Assembly: GCA_026126245.1 (NCBI GenBank) | Contig: JAHCJT010000001.1 | Span: 11,511 to 75,510, forward strand | Reading direction: 5' to 3' | DNA from: Alphaproteobacteria bacterium | GTDB lineage: Bacteria; Pseudomonadota; Alphaproteobacteria; Reyranellales; Reyranellaceae | Length of the DNA: 64,000 nucleotides | Shown here: one piece after another, positions 8,408-17,646 of the stretch | Numbering within the stretch: position 1 is the first letter of the stretch | Layout: each line of letters starts with the position of its first letter | The notes under the pieces: model-generated | Databases searched by the model: none | Told to the model about the DNA's origin: nothing | What the model saw: only the letters and a program-made list of their open reading frames with translations | Translations under genes and position numbers: made by a program

Positions 8408-10651
8408 ATGACGGTCGAAAATCCGGACAACAAATGGATCGGCAAGCGTACCATCCGCCCTGATGGCGCCGACAAGGTCACGGGACGCGCGGCCTACGCC
8501 GCCGATACCACCATGCCTGGCATGATCTGGGGCAAGATCCTGCGCAGCCCCCATCCGCATGCCCGCATCAGGTCGATCAACACAGCGAAGGCGGCGGCGC
8601 TACCGGGCGTCAAGGCCGTCATGACGGCGGCGGATCTCGTGAACTTCCCGGTCGACAAGTCGGTGATGCTGGGCATCCAGGACATGCGCTGGATGTGTCG
8701 CAACGTGATGGCGCGCGAGAAGGCCCTGTTCCCCGGCCACCCCGTCGCCGCCGTCGCCGCCACGACGCCGCAGATCGCCGCCCAGGCGCTCAAGCTGATC
8801 GAGGTCGACTACGAGGTGCTGCCCTGGGTCATCGACATCGACGACGCGATCAAGCCCGACGCTCCCATCCTGCACGACTTCATCCAGTTCGAGGGCAAGC
8901 CCTCTAACATCGCCGGCAGGCTCGAGCACAAGCTGGGCGACATCGATGCCGGCTTCGCCCAGGCGGACGTGATCGTCGAGCGCAGCTTCAAGACCAAGCC
9001 CGTGCATCAGGGCTACATCGAGCCGCACGCCTGCGTCGTCAGCGTGGCGGGCGACGGCAAGGCGACGATCTGGAGCTCGAGCCAGGGCCAGTTCATGGTG
9101 CGCGCCATGTGTGCCTTTCTGACGGGCATCCCGCAGAGCAACATCCGCGCCATCCCGGCCGAAATCGGCGGCGGCTTCGGCGGTAAGACGATCGTCTATC
9201 TCGAGCCCGTAGCGCTGGTGCTCTCACGCAAGTCGGGGCGGCCGGTCAAGATGGCGATGACGCGCGAAGAGGTCTTCCGCGCCACCGGGCCGACGTCGGG
9301 TTCGTCCACCTCGGTCAAGCTGGGCGCGACCAAGGACGGCAAGATCGTCGCAGCCAAGGGCACCTTCTACCTGCAGGCCGGCGCCCTGCCCGGCTCGCCG
9401 ATCCGCGGCGCAGCGGGTTGCGCCTTCGCGCCCTACAACATTCCGAACGTGCATTCGTTGGGCTTTGACGTGGTCTCCAACCGCTCGAAGGTGGCCGCCT
9501 ACCGGGCCCCCGGCGCGCCGATCGGCGCCTATGCCGTCGAATGCGTCATGGACGAGCTGGCCCAGGCGTTGAAGATGGATCCGCTCGAGCTGCGGCTGAA
9601 GAATGCCGCCAAGCAAGGCACGAAGGCGGCGCACGGCCCGGTCTTTCCGGTGATCGGCTACGAGGAAACCATCCGGTCGGCGCTGTCGCACCCCCACTAC
9701 AAGGCACCGCTCGGGCCCAACCAGGGTCGCGGCGTGGCGAGCGGCTTCTGGTTCAACGCCGGCGGCGAATCGAGTGCCCAGGTCAACATCAATGAGGACG
9801 GCACGGTCGTCGTGGTCACGGGGCATCCGGATATCGGCGGCTCCCGCGCTTCGACGGCCAACATCACGGCCGAGCTGCTCGGTATCGACTACAATCAGGT
9901 GCAGGTCCTGATCGGCGATACCAGCTCGATCGGGTTCAGCAACCTGACAGGCGGCAGCCGCGTCACCTACGCGTCGGCCATGGTGGTCACGCAGGCCACG
10001 GAGAAGGTGATTACCACGCTGCGCGAGCGCGCCGCCAAGATCTGGAAGATCGACCCGGAGGCGGTCACCTGGGAGCATGGCCAGGCGCGTCCGGCTGGCG
10101 ACAACGCCGGCAAGTTCGAGCCGTTGTCGCTGGCCCAGATCGCGGCCAGGGCAAGCGAGACGGGCGGCCCGATCGGCGCCGGCACGTCGCTGAACACCAC
10201 CGGCGCGGAAGGCGGGTTTGCGACCCATATCTGCGACGTCGAGGTCGACCCCGCGACCGGCAAGGTCCAGGTGATGCGCTACACGTCGTTCCAGGACGTC
10301 GGTCGGGCGATCCACCCCAGCTACGTCGAGGGACAGATGCAGGGCGGGGTCGCGCAAGGCATCGGCTGGGCGCTCAACGAGGAATACATCTACGACAAGA
10401 ACGGCCACGTCGACAATCCGAGCTTCCTCGACTATCGCATGCCGGTCGCCTCCGACCTGCCGATGCTCGATACGGTGATCATCGAGATTCCCAACCCGAA
10501 GCATCCGCAGGGCGTTCGCGGTGTCGGCGAAGTGCCCCTCGTGCCGTCCCTGGCCGCGGTCGCAAATGCCATGCACAACGCCCTGGGCCACCGCTTCAAC
10601 AGCCTGCCGATGTCGCCGCCCAAGGTGCTGGCAGCACTGGATCCGACTTAG
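8408..10651 (+). CDS. Xanthine dehydrogenase family molybdopterin-binding (large) subunit
   Basis: RPDGADKVTGRA, LRSPHPHARI, IGGGFGGK, AYRAPG, VEGQMQGG, GVRGVGE; ATG at 8408. Confidence 0.95.
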   Translation: MTVENPDNKWIGKRTIRPDGADKVTGRAAYAADTTMPGMIWGKILRSPHPHARIRSINTAKAAALPGVKAVMTAADLVNFPVDKSVMLGIQDMRWMCRNVMAREKALFPGHPVAAVAATTPQIAAQALKLIEVDYEVLPWVIDIDDAIKPDAPILHDFIQFEGKPSNIAGRLEHKLGDIDAGFAQADVIVERSFKTKPVHQGYIEPHACVVSVAGDGKATIWSSSQGQFMVRAMCAFLTGIPQSNIRAIPAEIGGGFGGKTIVYLEPVALVLSRKSGRPVKMAMTREEVFRATGPTSGSSTSVKLGATKDGKIVAAKGTFYLQAGALPGSPIRGAAGCAFAPYNIPNVHSLGFDVVSNRSKVAAYRAPGAPIGAYAVECVMDELAQALKMDPLELRLKNAAKQGTKAAHGPVFPVIGYEETIRSALSHPHYKAPLGPNQGRGVASGFWFNAGGESSAQVNINEDGTVVVVTGHPDIGGSRASTANITAELLGIDYNQVQVLIGDTSSIGFSNLTGGSRVTYASAMVVTQATEKVITTLRERAAKIWKIDPEAVTWEHGQARPAGDNAGKFEPLSLAQIAARASETGGPIGAGTSLNTTGAEGGFATHICDVEVDPATGKVQVMRYTSFQDVGRAIHPSYVEGQMQGGVAQGIGWALNEEYIYDKNGHVDNPSFLDYRMPVASDLPMLDTVIIEIPNPKHPQGVRGVGEVPLVPSLAAVANAMHNALGHRFNSLPMSPPKVLAALDPT

Positions 10652-10779
10652 TCGCGAGCCCCGGCTCGCGCCGGGCGACCAGGCACGTTGCGCTGGTCGC
10701 CCGGACAGAGAGTGGATGGCGGCCCATGGCCGGCCCCCGATAGCTGGCGCCAGGCAACCACGGCGATGATCCCCGGTCG

Positions 10780-11757
10780 ATGATCATTCCCCAGTATTGG
10801 GCTGAGAGTCGCGCGCAGCACCGCGACCGGCAGCGGCAGATCACGGTCCGCCGGTTCGGTTGGTCCGACGCCGGTCAGGCCGAGGCGCAGGCGCATGCCG
10901 ACGATCGCGCGCGCGATGCACTGGCACGCCTGCTCGGTGGCGAAAAATTGCCGCGGCGCGAACCCAAGGTTCCCTACAATGGGGCCGCCGGCGTTCCCAT
11001 CCGGGAAGAAATCGTCAGCCGCCACGGCGACACGGTCATCACCCGCAACGCCTATGGCGCGCGTTGTCTCAACACACCCAATGTTCTCTTCGCCGATATC
11101 GACTTCGCCGAGGGATCCGCGATGTCGTGGCGCTTCCCGCTGATCTTGCTGGCCATCGCGGTCACCGTCGCCGCCGGTTGGCTGTTGCGAACCAACTGGA
11201 CCGGCCTCGGCATCGTCGCAGCCGCGGGCTTGCTGGGATCACTCGTCATCAACTGGTTGTACGCGCGGGTCTTCCACCGCCGCGGCGGCGCCGAAGGCGC
11301 AGCACGCAAGCGAATCGACGCGTTCATTGCGCAGCACCCGGACTGGAATGCGCGGCTCTATCGCACACCGGCGGGCCTGCGGCTGCTGGCTATGCACCGC
11401 ACCTTTGACCCGCGTGACTCCGCAGTCGCCGACTGCTTTCGCGCCTTGGGTGCCGACCCAGCCTACGCCCGCATGTGCCTGAGCCAGAACTGCTTCCGCG
11501 CCCGTGTCAGCCCCAAGCCCTGGCGCATCGGCATTGCCACGCACATGCGCCCGCGCCCTGGCGTCTGGCCGGTGAAAGCTGACCGCGTGCCCGACCGCCA
11601 ACGCTGGATCGAGACATACGAGCGGACGGCGCACGGCTACGCCGCGTGCCGGTTCATCGAAGCCGTCGGCACCGGCACAACCGCTATCGCCACGCGTGCC
11701 GTGCAGGCGCTGCACGACGAGCAGTGCCGAGCGACCAGCAGTTTGCCGCTCGCGTGA
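10780..11757 (+). CDS. Hypothetical membrane protein (two central TM helices)
   Basis: 325-aa ORF filling the gap between genes, normal composition, hydrophobic hairpin around residues 118-162. Confidence 0.85.
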   Translation: MIIPQYWAESRAQHRDRQRQITVRRFGWSDAGQAEAQAHADDRARDALARLLGGEKLPRREPKVPYNGAAGVPIREEIVSRHGDTVITRNAYGARCLNTPNVLFADIDFAEGSAMSWRFPLILLAIAVTVAAGWLLRTNWTGLGIVAAAGLLGSLVINWLYARVFHRRGGAEGAARKRIDAFIAQHPDWNARLYRTPAGLRLLAMHRTFDPRDSAVADCFRALGADPAYARMCLSQNCFRARVSPKPWRIGIATHMRPRPGVWPVKADRVPDRQRWIETYERTAHGYAACRFIEAVGTGTTAIATRAVQALHDEQCRATSSLPLA

Positions 11758-11927
11758 TCTTGGCGCGCAACGAGGCGATCGGGCCTGAAGTGCGCGGCAA
11801 TCACACTGCCGCTCGACCTGCCGCCCCGACGCCTTAGTTATCGCCGGCACGGCACGCACGACGCCACCTCGCCGGCGACGCCGGCAGGCTCCGAATGCGG
11901 TGGGGCGTTTCCTGGACGCGGCGACGG

Positions 11928-14045
11928 CTAGGTATTGAGCAGCGCGCCCATGATGCGCTCACGCGTCAGCGGCATGTCGTGGATACGCACGCCCAGTGCG
12001 TGCTTGACGGCGTTGCCAATCGCTGCCGCGGTCGGGCCGACCGTGCACTCGCCGACCCCAAGCGATGGATTGCCGGCGCCGTCGGTCAGTTCGACATGGA
12101 TGTCCGGTACTTCGCTGAAGCGCAGAATGGGATAGCTGTCCCAGTCACGCGAGCTGATGCCCTGCTCGTCCAGTCGCACCTGCTCCTTCAACGTCCAACT
12201 GATCGCTTGGACGATACCGCCCTCAAGCTGGTTGCGCGCGCCATCCGGATTGACCACAAGACCGGCATCCGCGACGCACCAGACGCGATCAACGCGCACG
12301 CTTTCCTGCACGGTGACGGCGGCGACCACGGCGGCGTAGGCAGCGCGGTTCTTATATCGGGCGAAGCCGAGGCCAAGCCCCTTGCCGCTGCCGGCCGGCC
12401 CGCGCCCTGACCAGCCTGCCCGTTCCGCCACGGCCTCGATCAAGCGCCGGGCGCGCGGCTCAGAGAGGATCGACAAGCGATAGGCGACGGGATCCTCGCC
12501 GATGCGCGCCGCCAGATCGTCGAGCAGCGATTCGATGGCAAAGACGTTGGGCAGCGCGCCCAGCCCCCGCAATGCCGACGTGCGAACCGGCGGGCGCAGC
12601 ACCAGGTGATGAACGATGCGGTGTGCCGGCACGTCGTAGAGCGGCACGGCGTTGCGCGTCGCGCCGCCGCCACGCGCTTCCGGCGGGTCGGTCGGCTTGA
12701 CCTCAGGCGGCGGATTGGCCATCGCCTCGGTGGCCAGCAGAAAACCGCTGCCGGTGCCCGGCCGCTGGACATGGGTGCCGCTCCAGATCTCGGTCGTCCA
12801 GTCGGCCGGCCGCCCGCGCTCGTCCAGCGCGACGTGCAGCGTCACCAGCATGGCGGGGCCGACCGGCTCAAAGCCGAACTCCTCCTCGCGGCGCCACTGC
12901 AGACGGATGCAATGCCCCGGCAAGCGCATGGCGATCAGGGCCGCGTCCAGTGCGGCATCGTCGGCGCCGTTGTGGCCGTAGCAGCCGGCGCCGTGCAAGT
13001 GTCGGGCGGTGATGGCATCCGGCGGCAACCCCAAAGCCGCCGCCAGATTGCGACGCAGCGGATGCATGCCCTGGCCGTGCGAGTGGATCGTCAGATGACC
13101 GTCGCGGAATTCGGCCAGCGCACAGGACGGTGCCAGCGAGGCGTGCGCGATATACGGCCGGGAGAAGCTCGCCTGCACCCGCTGCGTTGTCGCCACCGTC
13201 GCCGGCGGTGCGCCGATGTGGCGGTCATCGCTGGGCTGTCCCTGGAGCCACGCCGCTTCCTGTTGCGCTGACTCGATGCGCCGCACATTGTTCCACGTGG
13301 CATGCTGCGGCGCCGCCGCCGCGGCTGCCTGGGCGACGCCTTCGACCGGGCTGACAAAGGCGACGAAATTCGCGTCGCGGATGATCTGAAGCTCGCCCTT
13401 TGCCGCCCGGCGAATCGCCGCTTCATCGAGCGTCGCCAGCGTAGCGCCGCGGCTGGGCTGGCGCAGCGTCCGCGCGTGCAGGAGGCGCGGCGGTCTGACG
13501 TCATGCAGAAATGCAGCGCCACTGACCTTCGCTGGCAGGTCCAGGCGCGGGATGCTGCGGCCGACCACGCGATAGAGGTTGGCCGCCTTGGGTGCCGCCG
13601 TGCCCGTGGCCGCCTGGGTGAAGTCGATCTCGGACGCCACCGTCCAGTAGTCCTGCCCGGTCGCCATACCGTTCTGCAGGAACTGGCCGTCGACAACGGT
13701 CAGCTCGTCGCGGCTGCAGTTGAGCCGCAGCGCCGCCCGCTCCAGCGCTTTGGCCCGCACCTCGGCACAGACCAGCCGCACCGAGCTACCCGATACCTCG
13801 ATCGACAGGGACGACGTGGTGTACATCTCGTCGGGGCCATTGTCGGTGTCCCCCGACAGGACGGCGACGCGATTGAGCGGCACATCCAGCTCGTCGGCGG
13901 CGATCTGCCCGATGGCGGTGACGACACCCTGGCCGATCTCGACCTTTCCGGTGGCGATCCGAACAGTGCGATCCGGCTGGAAGCAAATCCAGCGGTCCAG
14001 TCGCGGGTTCTCGACCAGGCTGGCCGGCAGGGTCGGCGTCGTCAT
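11928..14045 (-). CDS. Molybdopterin oxidoreductase large subunit (isoquinoline 1-oxidoreductase beta / nicotinate dehydrogenase-like)
   Basis: GKVEIGQG, GAGCYGHNGADD, SALRGLGA, NPDGARNQLEGG, SLGVGE; ATG overlaps stop of upstream 2Fe-2S gene. Confidence 0.93.
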   Translation of the reverse strand: MTTPTLPASLVENPRLDRWICFQPDRTVRIATGKVEIGQGVVTAIGQIAADELDVPLNRVAVLSGDTDNGPDEMYTTSSLSIEVSGSSVRLVCAEVRAKALERAALRLNCSRDELTVVDGQFLQNGMATGQDYWTVASEIDFTQAATGTAAPKAANLYRVVGRSIPRLDLPAKVSGAAFLHDVRPPRLLHARTLRQPSRGATLATLDEAAIRRAAKGELQIIRDANFVAFVSPVEGVAQAAAAAAPQHATWNNVRRIESAQQEAAWLQGQPSDDRHIGAPPATVATTQRVQASFSRPYIAHASLAPSCALAEFRDGHLTIHSHGQGMHPLRRNLAAALGLPPDAITARHLHGAGCYGHNGADDAALDAALIAMRLPGHCIRLQWRREEEFGFEPVGPAMLVTLHVALDERGRPADWTTEIWSGTHVQRPGTGSGFLLATEAMANPPPEVKPTDPPEARGGGATRNAVPLYDVPAHRIVHHLVLRPPVRTSALRGLGALPNVFAIESLLDDLAARIGEDPVAYRLSILSEPRARRLIEAVAERAGWSGRGPAGSGKGLGLGFARYKNRAAYAAVVAAVTVQESVRVDRVWCVADAGLVVNPDGARNQLEGGIVQAISWTLKEQVRLDEQGISSRDWDSYPILRFSEVPDIHVELTDGAGNPSLGVGECTVGPTAAAIGNAVKHALGVRIHDMPLTRERIMGALLNT

Positions 14046-14518
14046 GCCGGCCTCCCCGCACGCATGTCTGCTGCTGCGCGTTCCACCGCCCGGAGGATGC
14101 GCAAATGCGCCCCGCACCGGCAGAGATGCTTGTCGAGTGCCGCGACGATGTCGGCCCGGCTTGGATTGGGATTGCGATCGAGCAGCGCCTTTGCCGACAC
14201 CACGATGCCGGACAGGCAATAGCCGCACTGGCCCGCCTGTTCGTCGAGGAAAGCGCGCTGCAACGGATGCGGATTGGTGGGGGTACCGAGTCCCTCGATC
14301 GTCGTTACCGCCCGCCCGGCGACCGTACCAACCTCCCGAGTGCAGGCGTAGGCCGGTTCGCCATCGACCAGCACCATGCAGCACCCGCACTGCTCCAGAC
14401 CGCAGCCGTAGCGCGTACCCATCAGGCCGAGATGATTACGCAGGACATCCAGCAAGGACGTGTCCTGCGGCGCATCGATTTGTTGCGCTACGTCGTTGAC
14501 GGTGAATGCCAGGACCAT
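14042..14518 (-). CDS. (2Fe-2S)-binding small subunit of molybdoenzyme
   Basis: GCGLEQCGCC, QCGYC, LCRCG; GGAGGAG RBS before ATG at 14518. Confidence 0.95.
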   Translation of the reverse strand: MVLAFTVNDVAQQIDAPQDTSLLDVLRNHLGLMGTRYGCGLEQCGCCMVLVDGEPAYACTREVGTVAGRAVTTIEGLGTPTNPHPLQRAFLDEQAGQCGYCLSGIVVSAKALLDRNPNPSRADIVAALDKHLCRCGAHLRILRAVERAAADMRAGRPA

Positions 14519-14591
14519 GGACGTCTCCTCCGCCGGCGCGGGCATCGCCGGCTCCCCGCGCCGCTGCGTCACCGCGCCGGACGACTTGTCT

Positions 14592-14933
14592 TCAGGGCAA
14601 ATCGAGACTGACGACGACTCCGGCGCTGGCGATCACCGCGACGTCGCCAATCTCTTCGTCGGGCACGTCAAGCCCGCCCTTCACGACGTTCACGGTCACG
14701 ATGCCGTGCGGCAGCGACGCCTTGACAGCCGACGCGTCGACACGCTCGGGCCGCTGCACGCCGATGGTGACCTCGACATGCATCGCCGTCTTTGGGTCGA
14801 CCCGCAGTGTGCGCAGCAGCGTCAGGGAGCTGTGGTGCAGCGCGTCCTGCACCGCACGCAGTGCCGCCTTGGTGTAATCACCGCCGTGCAGGTCGTTGCC
14901 GGTCCCCAGTTCGAGGATCACTCGTTTGCGCAT
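14592..14933 (-). CDS. Lin0512 family protein
   Basis: ILELGTGNDLHGGDYTKAALRAVQDALHHSSL...VTIGVQRPE...LPHG. Confidence 0.88.
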   Translation of the reverse strand: MRKRVILELGTGNDLHGGDYTKAALRAVQDALHHSSLTLLRTLRVDPKTAMHVEVTIGVQRPERVDASAVKASLPHGIVTVNVVKGGLDVPDEEIGDVAVIASAGVVVSLDLP

Positions 14934-14949
14934 GCTGTGCCTCGTGTCC

Positions 14950-15291
14950 TCAAGGAACGTCCAGCCGGACCACCGCGGCCGCGTTGGCGATCAAGGTGAC
15001 ATCGCTGCCGTCGGCGTTGGGTATCGACAAGCCGCCGTCGACCACCGTGACGGTGCCGGTGCCGTGCGGCAACACCGCCAGCACGGCGTTCTTGTCGACT
15101 TTCTCCGGCATCGGCACACCAATGGTGACGTCGACCCGCATCGAATCCGTCGGTTGCCCCAGGGCGCCTGCGACGGTCAGGGAATTGTGCCACAGCGCAT
15201 CGCGCAAGGCGCGCACAGCTGCCTTGGTCGGATCGCCGCCGCGAATATCGGTGCCCATGCCGATCTCGAGCACCATGCGCCTGTAAGCCAT
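14950..15291 (-). CDS. Lin0512 family protein (paralogue)
   Basis: VLEIGMGTDIRGGDPTKAAVRALRDALWHNSL...VTIGVPMPE...LPHG. Confidence 0.88.
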   Translation of the reverse strand: MAYRRMVLEIGMGTDIRGGDPTKAAVRALRDALWHNSLTVAGALGQPTDSMRVDVTIGVPMPEKVDKNAVLAVLPHGTGTVTVVDGGLSIPNADGSDVTLIANAAAVVRLDVP

Positions 15292-15578
15292 GCCTGAACC
15301 TCTGGCTTGCTGCCCCGGAAACCTGACGGTCATTGTCCCCGATTGCGCCAGCACGCGCAAATTCGACGGCAATCCGGGCCGGACCACCGCACGGGCTCCG
15401 CTGTCGGCATCGGGCGCCGCCCAGTCTGGACGTCGACATCGGCCGTGAAATCAACCGCGACGGCCAATCCGTGAGTTGCGCCCGGCGAGCGGTGGCGTAA
15501 CGATTGCACACGACACAAGATCGAAGTCCTAACCGGCTACGCAACGGGCCATACATCAGCCACCTCGGAGAGTTGCTT

Positions 15579-16340
15579 ATGACTCTGCTCGCGCCGCTCT
15601 ATGCCCTGTTCATGGTCTTGTATGCGGGCAACGCGTCGACCGGCGGCGCGACCGTGGTGTCGCAGCACGTTGGCGATTTCGCGACCATGGAGGCCTGTGA
15701 AGCCGCGGCCCAGCAGGCCAAGGCGCTCGGACCGGCCAAGCCGACGCCGGGGTTCATCTGCGTCCAGAAAGCCGACTTGGAGGCCGAACCGCGGCGGGCA
15801 GAGGCCGACGAAGCGGCACTCAATCTGTCGGAGGCGGACCGCAAGCGCGCCCAGTTGGCCCTGACGGCGCTGGGCTACGACATCAATCCGGCGACTGGCG
15901 TTTTCGGCCCGCGCACGCGCGGCGCAATCGCCGTATGGCAGAAGAAGCTGGGTCAGCCTGAAACGGGCTACCTGACGGCGGCTCAATGGGCCGTGCTGCA
16001 GCAGCAGGCGACGGCGCCGGCCAAGCCGGAAGAGCCGCGACGCCCGGAGGCCGACAAGCCCAAACCGTCAGCCGATCCGCGCCAGGCGGAAGCCGACGAG
16101 GCGGCGTTACGGTTGTCGGAGGTCGACCGCAAGCGCGCCCAGGTCGCTCTCACGGCGCTTGGCCATACGATTGGTGCCGCGACCGGGTATTTCGGTCCGC
16201 GCACGCGCGCCATGATTACGGCCTGGCAAAAGAAACAGGGTTTGCCCGAGACGGGATTCCTGTCGGCAGAGCAGTGGGCCACGTTGCAGCAGCAGGCAGC
16301 GCCGGCTTTGGCGAAGTACGACGCCGAACAAGGCCGCTAG
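15579..16340 (+). CDS. Exported protein with two peptidoglycan-binding (PG_binding_1-like) repeats
   Basis: GGAG RBS, hydrophobic N-terminus, two repeats QxALTALG...GxFGPRTRxxIxxWQKKxGxPETG. Confidence 0.88.
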   Translation: MTLLAPLYALFMVLYAGNASTGGATVVSQHVGDFATMEACEAAAQQAKALGPAKPTPGFICVQKADLEAEPRRAEADEAALNLSEADRKRAQLALTALGYDINPATGVFGPRTRGAIAVWQKKLGQPETGYLTAAQWAVLQQQATAPAKPEEPRRPEADKPKPSADPRQAEADEAALRLSEVDRKRAQVALTALGHTIGAATGYFGPRTRAMITAWQKKQGLPETGFLSAEQWATLQQQAAPALAKYDAEQGR

Positions 16341-16407
16341 CCGGACCTCAAGGCCTCAACACCGATGCATCGCCGCGTTGCGACCGGGCAGCAACCACCC
16401 CGGCGGC

Positions 16408-16908
16408 CTATTGCGGTCGTCCGCTACGCGGCCGCAGCGGCAATGTCATCTGCGTCCGGGCCGTGCGCACTGCCGCAACACCGACCATGCCGAACTTGCC
16501 GGAGTCAGGGCACACTAGCCGATGGCACGCCTCGCCGACCGTCGGGTTGATCGATCCCAGCTGCTCCTCGACGTCGCGCGTCGCCACGAATCGCACTTCG
16601 TGCGGCGGCGTACAGTGCGAACACCACAACCGCAGCTCCTGGCCAGCCGCGTACAGCGCGCGCAGCCGCAGCGCCTTGCCATGACGATCGGCAAACAGCG
16701 GCGAAAGGCAGCGAAACCTGACGACGCTGCCGCCCGCGCCGCATTGTCCGCATCGCAGAGGCACGTCCGCGAGCCGGCGGTCTGCGTACCGCGGCGCCAA
16801 GTGGTCTGCCGCCAGCTTGGTGATCCTGCCGCAGGCGCGGCACTCGACGTCAAGCATGCCGCCCTTGGCCGCAATCTCTCTAACTGTCAGTGTTGCCACG
16901 TCCTGCAT
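16408..16908 (-). CDS. Hypothetical protein with two zinc-ribbon-like domains
   Basis: CRAC...CGQC then CSHC...CPDS in two similar halves; promoter and SOS box directly upstream. Confidence 0.78.
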   Translation of the reverse strand: MQDVATLTVREIAAKGGMLDVECRACGRITKLAADHLAPRYADRRLADVPLRCGQCGAGGSVVRFRCLSPLFADRHGKALRLRALYAAGQELRLWCSHCTPPHEVRFVATRDVEEQLGSINPTVGEACHRLVCPDSGKFGMVGVAAVRTARTQMTLPLRPRSGRPQ

Positions 16909-16913
16909 GCCAA

Positions 16914-16928
16914 GAACATAACAGGAAC
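16914..16928 (-). promoter_or_regulatory. LexA (SOS) box overlapping the -10 of a probably leaderless promoter
   Basis: Minus strand GTTC-CTGTTAT-GTTC, 5 bp before ATG at 16908; TAGACG-N17-TATGTT promoter, no RBS. Confidence 0.78.
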
Positions 16929-17042
16929 AAGAATTGGCGTCTAATCACTCAAATTGTTGAGAATTTTGGGCCCGCCCGACCACAAGGTGTTGATTCAACA
17001 CCACCGCCCGACCACGCACACGGCTGGACCGGTGTCCGGGCG

Positions 17043-17486
17043 CTACGCCGGAGCAGCGGCGGACGTCGCCTGCATGCGCGCGGTCTCCTCCCAGCCGCGG
17101 TATCCCGTGAAGCCATCCTTGTCGAAATACAGGACCGGCCCGTCACACATGAACAGATACTCGGTGTCCTCCAGGGCGGTCGTGGCGCCATGCACCATGC
17201 CGTTCGCCTCGTGCAGAAAATCGCCCGGTCCATAGACGGTGTCGCGCACCTGCAGTTTGCCCGACAACACAAAGGCGAACGCAGCCGAGAGGTGCTTGTG
17301 CGGCGGGGCGACATACCCCTTCTTCCATTTCAGCAGCACCGCCCACCGGCCGGACTCCTGTCCAACCCAGAGCACCTTGGTCCAGGCCTGTCCCGGCTTG
17401 GTCTCGATCCACGGCAGCGCCGACGAGCGCGTGATCGAGTCTGCGATGGTGTTGTTGATCGGCCGGATATCCTGTGGCAACGCCAT
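17043..17486 (-). CDS. Cupin-domain protein (ChrR-like / 2,4'-dihydroxyacetophenone dioxygenase-like)
   Basis: LPWIE, PPHKH, VLSG, GDFLHEANGMVH; GGGGAGG RBS. Confidence 0.85.
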   Translation of the reverse strand: MALPQDIRPINNTIADSITRSSALPWIETKPGQAWTKVLWVGQESGRWAVLLKWKKGYVAPPHKHLSAAFAFVLSGKLQVRDTVYGPGDFLHEANGMVHGATTALEDTEYLFMCDGPVLYFDKDGFTGYRGWEETARMQATSAAAPA

Positions 17487-17646
17487 TGCGCCCCTCCCCG
17501 CATACCAGAGCCGCGCCGCGCGCACCTTGCCCGCGCCACGCGCCGGTCCACAATTTTAATGCTAGGTTATCCGAAGTCGATCTTCCAGTCATGCGCCGCA
17601 CGGCGCCACGAAGTCGCCTCGGAAACAAGTCGGGGAGGAAGTGTCC

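Noticed and set aside
8408-10651. Aerobic CO dehydrogenase large subunit (coxL)
   Set aside because: Active-site loop is AYRAPG, not AYRCSFR (form I) or AYRGAGR (form II); no coxM/coxS adjacent
15790-16330. Diversity-generating retroelement template/variable repeat pair with 48400-49500
   Set aside because: Differences are mostly synonymous or general, not adenine-specific, and there is no reverse transcriptase in the window
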